In this document: piece after piece, positions 1 through 7,611 of the stretch
How positions within the stretch are numbered: the first letter of the stretch is position 1
Layout of the letters: each line of letters opens with the position of its first letter
Source: Patescibacteria group bacterium
Lineage (GTDB): Bacteria > Patescibacteriota > JABMPQ01 > JAHIRA01
Direction: 5' to 3'
Assembly (NCBI GenBank): GCA_018818205.1
Contig: JAHISJ010000023.1
Span: 95,103 to 159,102 of the forward strand
Length of the DNA stretch: 64,000 nt
Program-made: the position numbers and the translations under genes
Notes under the pieces: model-generated
What the model saw: the letters and a program-made list of their open reading frames with translations, nothing else
Database searches by the model: none
Told to the model about the DNA's origin: nothing

Positions 1-725
1 TTACGCCGCTTATGGTACCGGTGCTTGTGCGTGACACTGTACTTGAAGGCTCAGGGTTTTTTCCTGCTGAAAAAAATGAAATTTATGCGGTAAATCCAGA
101 CGAAGATAATTTGTACTTAATCGGAACATCAGAAGCATCTGTTGCCGGGTATCATATGAATGAGATACTCGACAAGAAAGATCTTCCTAAAAAATATGTG
201 GCCTTTTCCTCCTGTTATAGAAGAGAGGCAGGAGCGTATGGTAAAGACACCAAGGGTCTCATTAGAGTGCATCAGTTTGAGAAGGTAGAAATGTTTAAGA
301 TAACGACTGAAGAGGATTCCTGGAAGGAGTTTGAGGAGTTAGTTGCACTTGCAGAAGAGATCTTACAAAGACTGGAACTGCACTATCAGAAGGTTAATTT
401 ATCTCTGGGAGACATAAATCACAAAGCAGCAAAAACATACGATTTAGAAGCATGGTTCCCAAGTCAAAATCGGTTCAGAGAACTTGTTTCCGCAACAAAC
501 ACAACAACGTTTCAGTCGAGACGACTCAATATTCGCTACAAAGATGAAGACAACAAGAAGTACTTCGCACACATGATGAACAGTACTGCAGCTGCATTCC
601 CTCGGATTCTCGCTGCAATAATGGAGAACTACCAGAACAAAGATGGAACTATAGGTATTCCGCAAGTTCTCCAAGGATATATGTCTGGTCAAGAAAAAAT
701 TGAGCCAACACAAAAGACAAAATAA
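1..725 (+). CDS. serS: seryl-tRNA synthetase, C-terminal catalytic part (5' end lies outside the window)
   Basis: Reading frame is open from base 3. Class II aaRS motifs (GYHMNEIL..., FSSCYRREAGAYGKDTKGLIRVHQFEKVEMF) and the tail are typical of SerRS. Confidence 0.85.
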   Translation, partial: TPLMVPVLVRDTVLEGSGFFPAEKNEIYAVNPDEDNLYLIGTSEASVAGYHMNEILDKKDLPKKYVAFSSCYRREAGAYGKDTKGLIRVHQFEKVEMFKITTEEDSWKEFEELVALAEEILQRLELHYQKVNLSLGDINHKAAKTYDLEAWFPSQNRFRELVSATNTTTFQSRRLNIRYKDEDNKKYFAHMMNSTAAAFPRILAAIMENYQNKDGTIGIPQVLQGYMSGQEKIEPTQKTK

Positions 726-847
726 TCACTAGCTTGTTTTACATACGTTTCTCGTGAGACAAGTCTTTTAGAGTGAAACCCTCATGAATATGCTATGAAT
801 TATAGCCATTATTGTTTATAATTACCGGTAAGGATTAAACGCACTAC

Positions 848-1630
848 ATGCAGATACAAGAGCACAGAATAATTGTTCAAGGCATTAGAGTGACCTATAA
901 AACCTGTGGCGAAGGTTCGCCTATTGTGGTGCTGCATGGTTGGGGAGGCTCGTCAGACACGTGGAAGCAGTTTTTGAAGGAATGCGATACAAAAAATGTT
1001 CAGTTTATTATTCCAGATCTTCCGGGGTTTGGCAAAAGTGACGATCCACCAGTGTCTTGGACTGTTTCTGATTATGTCCATTTTGTTTTGGACTTTTTTA
1101 AGTATATACATATTCAAAAAGCAGTACTTATTGGACACTCTTTTGGCGGGCGAATCGCAATTAAACTCGCAGTTAGATATCCAGAGAAGGTATCAGCGCT
1201 TATCCTTGTTGCATCTGCAGGCGTTAAGCATACAAAAAGCCTCAAGCAGCGCGTTGGAAACTTTCTTGCAAAATATGGAAGAGCGCTCTTTGAACTCCCG
1301 GTTCTCAATAAATTTTTTACTTTTTCAAGGAAGTTGTTGTATAAAGCTCTCAGAGAACAGGACTATGTTGCAACGCGTGGAGTTATGAAGGATACGTTTA
1401 AAAATGTAATTGATGAGGATCTTACTGACTTGCTTGGCACTATTGCATTGCCAACACTCATTGTCTGGGGAACAAACGATTCGTATGTGCCCGTGTCAGA
1501 CGCGGAAGTTATTCATTCAAAAATAAAGGGATCAATGGTTGAATTGATTCAGGGGGGTAGACATGGTCTTCATAGAGATGTGCCAAAGAGGCTCTATAGA
1601 ATAATTATGCATTTTGTTTCACGTCCATGA
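848..1630 (+). CDS. alpha/beta-fold hydrolase
   Basis: HGWGGS oxyanion motif and GHSFGG nucleophile elbow; ~260 aa, typical size for the fold. Confidence 0.75.
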   Translation: MQIQEHRIIVQGIRVTYKTCGEGSPIVVLHGWGGSSDTWKQFLKECDTKNVQFIIPDLPGFGKSDDPPVSWTVSDYVHFVLDFFKYIHIQKAVLIGHSFGGRIAIKLAVRYPEKVSALILVASAGVKHTKSLKQRVGNFLAKYGRALFELPVLNKFFTFSRKLLYKALREQDYVATRGVMKDTFKNVIDEDLTDLLGTIALPTLIVWGTNDSYVPVSDAEVIHSKIKGSMVELIQGGRHGLHRDVPKRLYRIIMHFVSRP

Positions 1631-3252
1631 TATTTGTTCTTATATGCATATATGTGCTCGCAACAGGACTTATTGTAGTTGATCTTTTGTTTTGGACGTA
1701 TCTTGCACAATTAAAGGAATATCGAGTTGATAGACTTAAAGAGTATTTTTCCTCAACTGAGGGGCGAGAGCTTATAAAAAAGCGATTATTTCTGATTTTC
1801 TTTTTCTTCATTTTCTTGGCAATTGTGCTTATTATATCCTACCTCTCTCAAAATAAATCTATTCCTGCCGAAATAGCCGCCTCTCCTGTTTTGCTCTTTG
1901 CATTCTATGTCTTTGCACAAACGTACTCAATAATGCAAAAAATAAGAAAAAAACAGTTACGACTTCCAGGGATCACATCCAGAGCTATTTTGACCCTTGC
2001 TATTGCGATACTGCTTATGCTGATTATTGTCATTTTTAGTTACTCATTTCTCTTGCACTATATGGATGTTACGTTGCTTATGTTCCAGACGTGGTCTCCC
2101 ATTTTTGTTTTTACTGCAGTACTTGCCATTCACCCAATGAGTGTATTCTTAAAAAAACGAATATTCAAAAAGGCAACAGAAAAGCGAGACAAATGCAAGA
2201 ACCTTATAGTCATTGGTGTTACGGGGAGTTATGGCAAAACCAGTGTCAAAGAGTTTTTATATGGAATTCTAAAGGATCAGTTTAACACGCTTAAAACTGA
2301 AGAACACGTAAATACTGAGGTTGGTGTTGCTCGTACCGTACTTGAAAAGCTAACCAGTGATCATGAAATATTTATTGTAGAGATGGGCGCCTACAAAAAG
2401 GGAGAAATAAAAAAGATTTGTTCAATCGTTAAACCAACTATTGGAATAATCACTGCAATAAACGAGCAGCATATTGCACTGTTTAAATCAATGAAGAACA
2501 TTGTCAGTGCCAAAGCAGAACTTGCCTTTGCAGTGCCAAAAAAAGGACAGGTCATTTTAAATAAGGACAATAAATACTGTAGGTTAATAGGGTCAAAAAT
2601 CAAGAAAAAAACATCATATTATTCTATGAAGACACGGGCTGATTTAACACTTAAGAAGAGTGATATTGGGGCAAAAGGAACAACGTTTAGTGTAATTTAT
2701 AAAGGTGCCATACATCAATTTTCAACAAAACTTATTGGTGAGCATACTGTCCAAAATCTTCTTGCGGCAATAGTAACTGCACTAAAACTTGGGGTACCCT
2801 ATCAGAACATACAAAAGAGTGTGTCACAACTTAGACCGGTTCATGAAAATATGGAAGTGATTACAGCAAAAAATAGAGTGTACATTGATAATACCTACAA
2901 TTTAAATCCAGAAAGTATTGTTGCGGCAAAAAAACTAATGAACCAAGCGTATCCACAATACAAAAAAGTAGTAGTGCTTGACGATGTTTTGGAGCTAGGG
3001 AATAAAAGCTCGGCAATCCATGGTAACATTGGAAAAACGCTCTCTAAAGGGGTTGACGACGTGTACTTAATAGGGAAGAATTATGCAGTGATTGTTAAAA
3101 AGAGCATGCTTCGCGCGGGAAAATCGGCTTCCAGGGTACATATTGGAAAGCAGACCACCATTGTAGGGGACATAAGAAAAATGAAGGGTAACGTTGCAGT
3201 AGCGTTCCTTGGTAGGGGAGCAAAAAAGATTTTTAAGGGTCTTCATGACTAA
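1627..3252 (+). CDS. murF: MurF-like UDP-MurNAc-peptide:D-Ala-D-Ala ligase fused to a ~170-aa N-terminal polytopic membrane domain
   Basis: Five or so hydrophobic helices come first. Then the Mur ligase P-loop IGVTGSYGKTS and C-terminal MurF-like motifs (DNTYNLNP, DDVLELG). Confidence 0.65.
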   Translation: MIFVLICIYVLATGLIVVDLLFWTYLAQLKEYRVDRLKEYFSSTEGRELIKKRLFLIFFFFIFLAIVLIISYLSQNKSIPAEIAASPVLLFAFYVFAQTYSIMQKIRKKQLRLPGITSRAILTLAIAILLMLIIVIFSYSFLLHYMDVTLLMFQTWSPIFVFTAVLAIHPMSVFLKKRIFKKATEKRDKCKNLIVIGVTGSYGKTSVKEFLYGILKDQFNTLKTEEHVNTEVGVARTVLEKLTSDHEIFIVEMGAYKKGEIKKICSIVKPTIGIITAINEQHIALFKSMKNIVSAKAELAFAVPKKGQVILNKDNKYCRLIGSKIKKKTSYYSMKTRADLTLKKSDIGAKGTTFSVIYKGAIHQFSTKLIGEHTVQNLLAAIVTALKLGVPYQNIQKSVSQLRPVHENMEVITAKNRVYIDNTYNLNPESIVAAKKLMNQAYPQYKKVVVLDDVLELGNKSSAIHGNIGKTLSKGVDDVYLIGKNYAVIVKKSMLRAGKSASRVHIGKQTTIVGDIRKMKGNVAVAFLGRGAKKIFKGLHD

Positions 3253-4513
3253 AAAAGTTATCACTACATCGCTATCTCCTAATATAACAGTAAGACAGGT
3301 GCGCACATGCCTTGGTTTTTTGTTTAATCCCTTTAAGTGGGGTGCATGGAGAAAGGGAGCGTGCGGAGATACGCTGGAGCGTTCATTAGAAGAGTATTTG
3401 CACGTACCTCATGTCATTAGGTTTGATAGTGGAAGAGCGGCGCTTTATTTTGCGCTTAAGGCGTTTGGTATTGGAAAAGGTGATGAAGTATTGGTCCAGG
3501 CATATACGTGTGTTTCTGTACCAAATGCAGTACTGTGGGCCTCAGCACATCCTAAATATGTAGATATTCAAGATGACTTCAATGTTGACCCAAAGCAAAT
3601 AGAAAAGCATATCACAGAAAAAACAAAGGCTATTATTGTGCAGCATACTTTTGGCAAGCCGGCAGATATGGATGCCATAGTAGAGATTGTCAAGAGATAT
3701 AATCTTATTATCATAGAGGATGTCGCGCATGCATTGGGGGCAGAGTATAAAGGCAAAAAAGTAGGCTCTTTTGGAGACGCGGCTATCTTCTCGTTTGGAC
3801 GAGATAAAGTTATTTCTGGTGTCTCGGGTGGCGCTGTGTCATGTAAGGATGATTCCATCTCTAAAAGAGTCAGAGAGTATCAAGAGAGTGTACCATCGTT
3901 TGGAAGAATGGCCACTGCAAAGCATCTAGTATATCCACCACTTTTTTATCTCATTAAGAAAACGTACTCGGTTGTATCATTTGGCAAGGCTCTAGCGTAC
4001 ATAGCAAAGAAGCTGAGAATCACTCCGCTTGTACTTACTGATTCAGAAAAGTGTGCGGTCATGCCAAAAGATATTTTTAAAAAAATGCCCAATGCGCTTG
4101 CCTGTCTTATCTTGGAACAATTCTCCTCTGTTGATACTATAAATAATGACAGAAGAAAAAAAGCTCAAGACTATTCAGAAGCGCTTAAAGAAGTAGAGGG
4201 TATTATTCTTCCCAGAGAAGACGTAGATGAAAAACATATTTTTCTAAGGTATACTGTGTTAGTAAAGAATGGAAACGAGCTTAGAAAAGTGGCAAAAGAA
4301 AATAATATCATTTTAGGCGATTGGTATTCTGTAGCCGTTGCTCCTCCTGATACTGCTTTTGAAAAAGTGTTCTATACTCAAGGGATGTGCCCTAATGCAG
4401 AAAAACGTGCAGCTGAGTCAGTAAATCTTCCCAGTCATGCTGACGTGTCTAGTAGTGACATGAGTAAAGTAATTAAGATCGTTAAAGACTATTGTTCAAA
4501 GAACCCACTATGA
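3245..4513 (+). CDS. DegT/DnrJ/EryC1/StrS-family PLP-dependent aminotransferase (amino-sugar type)
   Basis: GDEVLV...IVQHTFGKPADMDAIVEI...IIEDVAHALGAEYKGKKVGSFGDAAIFSFGRDKVISG is the characteristic DegT core. The ATG at 3245 overlaps the murF stop by 8 nt. Confidence 0.75.
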   Translation: MTKKVITTSLSPNITVRQVRTCLGFLFNPFKWGAWRKGACGDTLERSLEEYLHVPHVIRFDSGRAALYFALKAFGIGKGDEVLVQAYTCVSVPNAVLWASAHPKYVDIQDDFNVDPKQIEKHITEKTKAIIVQHTFGKPADMDAIVEIVKRYNLIIIEDVAHALGAEYKGKKVGSFGDAAIFSFGRDKVISGVSGGAVSCKDDSISKRVREYQESVPSFGRMATAKHLVYPPLFYLIKKTYSVVSFGKALAYIAKKLRITPLVLTDSEKCAVMPKDIFKKMPNALACLILEQFSSVDTINNDRRKKAQDYSEALKEVEGIILPREDVDEKHIFLRYTVLVKNGNELRKVAKENNIILGDWYSVAVAPPDTAFEKVFYTQGMCPNAEKRAAESVNLPSHADVSSSDMSKVIKIVKDYCSKNPL

Positions 4514-5544
4514 TAGAAGCTAAGGAAATAACAAAAAAAGAGACCTTTGAGGCGTTTAATTTGTCAGCAAAGAATCAACTCTTCTTGCAATCATGGAACT
4601 ATGGTGAACTATGCAAAGGACTTTCGGAGAAAGTGTTTAGACTAGGCGTCTACGAAGAAAACAGGCTTGTTGGTATTGCACAGATAATTGTAGTTGAGGC
4701 AAAGAGAGGAAGTCATTTTTTCTGCCCGTATGGCCCCGTATTTAACGAATGGAAGTCAGAATACTTCTCTACATTTATTGATTACCTCAAAAAGAGAGGG
4801 GAGAATGAATCAATCGCATTTGTCCGAGTGAGTCCATTTATTAAAAATACAATTAAAAACGATACTCTTTTTAAAGACCAAGGTGCAGTCGATGCACCAA
4901 TGCATGCACTTGCAGAAACTACGTGGCTTGTTGATTTGACCCAATCGGAAGAAGAAATCATGGAAGGTATGAGAAAAACCAATAGAAATTTGATTAGGCG
5001 AGCAGTAAAAGAAGGAGTTGTGGTAGAAAAAAGTACTGACGACAGCGCGGTCGAGGAGTTTATTGCTCTTCATAAGCAAACAAAGCTTAAGCATGATTTC
5101 ACGCCGTATCCTGATTCATTCTTTAGAGAGCAGGTGAAGCAGTTTAGGAGGGAAAGCGAAGTGCTCGTGTATAACGCGCGGTATCAAGACACCGTTATTA
5201 GTTCTGCGATAATTATGTATTATGGAAAAATGGCAGCATACCATCATGGTGCTAATTCGCTTGAGCATCAAAAAATACCTTCATCGTATTTGATTCAATG
5301 GGAAGCAATGCAGGAGGCAAAAAAACGAGGGTGCACAGTCTACAATTTCTGGGGTGTCTCACCGGACAAAGATAGGCCACATCCTATTTCGGGAGTCAGT
5401 CATTTTAAGCGAGGGTTTGGAGGGTATCAGTATGATTTATTGCACGCGCAAGACTTTCCGTTAGGTATTAAGTATCGGTTAAACTGGATTGTAGAGACTA
5501 TGAGAAGAAGGAAAAGAGGCTACTATTTTAAAAAACCAGAGTAA
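4510..5544 (+). CDS. FemAB/FemX-family peptidyltransferase (peptidoglycan branch/bridge formation)
   Basis: N-terminal FLQSW..G motif. C-terminal YLIQWEAMQEAKKRGCTVYNFWGVSP...HFKRGFGG resembles FemAB (Y..MK.A...G...YDFGG...FK..WG). Confidence 0.65.
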   Translation: MIEAKEITKKETFEAFNLSAKNQLFLQSWNYGELCKGLSEKVFRLGVYEENRLVGIAQIIVVEAKRGSHFFCPYGPVFNEWKSEYFSTFIDYLKKRGENESIAFVRVSPFIKNTIKNDTLFKDQGAVDAPMHALAETTWLVDLTQSEEEIMEGMRKTNRNLIRRAVKEGVVVEKSTDDSAVEEFIALHKQTKLKHDFTPYPDSFFREQVKQFRRESEVLVYNARYQDTVISSAIIMYYGKMAAYHHGANSLEHQKIPSSYLIQWEAMQEAKKRGCTVYNFWGVSPDKDRPHPISGVSHFKRGFGGYQYDLLHAQDFPLGIKYRLNWIVETMRRRKRGYYFKKPE

Positions 5545-5550
5545 CCATAT

Positions 5551-6423
5551 ATGGCGTTTACCCAAAAAAATAGACGAACACACAGCAGGAAGAAGCTTTT
5601 TGAGCAAAAACAAAAAAACAGGTTCAAAAAACCGCTCTATAAAACAAGAAAGAGACGTTCATTTAGCAGCAACTCTTTTCTTAATCAAAAGGCATATTTT
5701 GTTGTTTCAATACTTCTTGTTGTTTCTGTATTTTATTTTGTGTTTTACTACAGTTTCTTCCAAATACATAATATTATTGTTTCAGAAAACACTGTTGTTA
5801 CTGAGGGAGAAATAACGGAATCGGTAGAGAACCTTTTTAGCGGGCGTTCATATCTTATATTTCCTGCACGAAATATCTTTGTGTTCAATAAAGAAAAAGT
5901 AAAAGAAGACTTACTTAATAATAATCCACTCATAGCACAAGTATCATTTAAAAAGGAGTTTCCCGATGTATTAAGGGTTGTTGTTAAAGAACGAGAAATC
6001 GTGTGTGTGTGGGAGCAAAATAGTAGCCTGTATTTTCTCTCTTCTGATGGCCTCTTGGTACGTAATGCAACTCTTGGTGAAATAGAGTCATCTGATTATC
6101 CTATTGTAAGGAATTTGCAAGAGAAAGATCTTTCTCTTGGATCTGAAGCAACAACCCCTCGTATTATCCATTTCATTAAAAAAATCGATGAGCAATACGA
6201 GCAAGCAACAGGGAAAAAGGTATCACACTTTGAACTTCCATCCTCGCATGCATTTGAAGTTCATGTAAAAACAGAAGAAGGGCCAGCGGTATACTTTAAT
6301 CTAGAAAGCAGTGTGGAAAGTCAGCTGGAAGCATTAAATCTTATTTTAAGAAAAGAAATTGAGGGGAAGAAGCAGGTAGAATACATTGATCTGAGGGTGG
6401 GTAGTAGAGTTTATTATAAGTAA
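5551..6423 (+). CDS. ftsQ: cell division protein FtsQ/DivIB-like (basic N-tail, one TM, POTRA domain)
   Basis: Basic N-terminus, single TM helix, POTRA-like segment (IIVSENTVVTEGEI...VLRVVVKEREIVCVW). Sits inside a cell-wall gene context. Confidence 0.55.
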   Translation: MAFTQKNRRTHSRKKLFEQKQKNRFKKPLYKTRKRRSFSSNSFLNQKAYFVVSILLVVSVFYFVFYYSFFQIHNIIVSENTVVTEGEITESVENLFSGRSYLIFPARNIFVFNKEKVKEDLLNNNPLIAQVSFKKEFPDVLRVVVKEREIVCVWEQNSSLYFLSSDGLLVRNATLGEIESSDYPIVRNLQEKDLSLGSEATTPRIIHFIKKIDEQYEQATGKKVSHFELPSSHAFEVHVKTEEGPAVYFNLESSVESQLEALNLILRKEIEGKKQVEYIDLRVGSRVYYK

Positions 6424-6428
6424 ATGAT

Positions 6429-7556
6429 ATGAAAATAGGCATTGATGCACGTTTCTATGGTCCATTTGGCAAGGGGCTGGGAAGATATACAGAACGTCTC
6501 ATACACTCGCTTGAACGTATCGATACGAAAAATGAATACTACATCTTTTTGAGGAAAGAGAATTTTGATGCATACATTCCTCAAGGTAGCCGATTCAAAA
6601 AAATACTGGCTGACTTTCAGTGGTATACGCTTGAGGAACAAAGAGAGATGCCGCGAGTACTAAATGAGCATGCTCTGGATCTGGTTCATTTCCCGCATTT
6701 TAATGTACCGCTTATGTACCGTAAGCCTTTTGTGGTAACAATCCATGATCTTATTATCATGCGGTTTCCAACTAAAAAGGCAACAACATTAGGCCCCCTT
6801 AAATACAAATTTAAGCAGTGGGGGTACAAAACAGTTATTCGTTCAGCGGTAAAGAGATCAAAAAAGGTTATTACCGTTTCAAACTACTCTAGAAGCGAGC
6901 TTGCGAAATATTTTCATGTCCCAAAAGAAAAAGTGGTAGTGACTTATGAGGCGATAGATGAAAACGATATTCATTGCAGGGATTTTGCTTCAGTGAAGGA
7001 AAAATTCTCGATTAATGAGCCATATTTATTGTATGTTGGCAACGTCTATCCACACAAGAATATTGAAAGGCTTGTTAGGGCGTTTAAACGGGCACGGGAG
7101 AATCCCGAGCTTAAAAATATACACCTGACCATTGTATGTAAAGAAGACTATTTTCTCAGTGAGATTAAGAAAATAGTCAAAAATGAATGTATCGATAATG
7201 TGAATTTTACCGGATATATCTCTGACGATGAGCTTGCATGTATGTACTCAAATTCGCTTGCATATGTGTTTCCCTCGCTTTATGAGGGGTTTGGACTTCC
7301 GCCACTTGAGGCAATGGGTCATGGCATTCCGGTTATTGCATCTAATACCACCTGTATCCCCGAAATTTTAGGAGATGCAGCGGCCTATTTTGATCCAATG
7401 AGTGTGGATGATATTGTTGGAGCAATAACTAAGATTGCCGTGCAAAGTGAGCTTCGTGAAAGTCTCATAGAAAAAGGAAAGAATCGAGTGAAAGAGTTTA
7501 GTTGGAACACCTGTGCAAAGCAAACCCTTGCCGTCTACAAGCAGGCTTTAGAATAA
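6429..7556 (+). CDS. GT4-family (GT-B) glycosyltransferase
   Basis: MKIGIDAR... N-terminal fold and the C-terminal EGFGLPPLEAMGHGIPVIAS motif of family 1/GT4 glycosyltransferases. Confidence 0.8.
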   Translation: MKIGIDARFYGPFGKGLGRYTERLIHSLERIDTKNEYYIFLRKENFDAYIPQGSRFKKILADFQWYTLEEQREMPRVLNEHALDLVHFPHFNVPLMYRKPFVVTIHDLIIMRFPTKKATTLGPLKYKFKQWGYKTVIRSAVKRSKKVITVSNYSRSELAKYFHVPKEKVVVTYEAIDENDIHCRDFASVKEKFSINEPYLLYVGNVYPHKNIERLVRAFKRARENPELKNIHLTIVCKEDYFLSEIKKIVKNECIDNVNFTGYISDDELACMYSNSLAYVFPSLYEGFGLPPLEAMGHGIPVIASNTTCIPEILGDAAAYFDPMSVDDIVGAITKIAVQSELRESLIEKGKNRVKEFSWNTCAKQTLAVYKQALE

Positions 7557-7611
7557 ATACAAAATGTAGTATGATAGTAACTGCCAGGAGGGCTGTTTTG
7601 TAGTACGAACT

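Noticed and set aside
444-713. 89-aa minus-strand ORF (plus similar antisense ORFs at 953-1138, 1114-1308, 2391-2603, 3568-3858, 4810-5094, 8652-9014, 10346-10654, 41855-42490, 47024-47461, 59661-60144 and others)
   Set aside because: Each lies fully inside a well-supported + strand gene, has low-complexity or odd composition, and has no start context. These are typical shadow ORFs.
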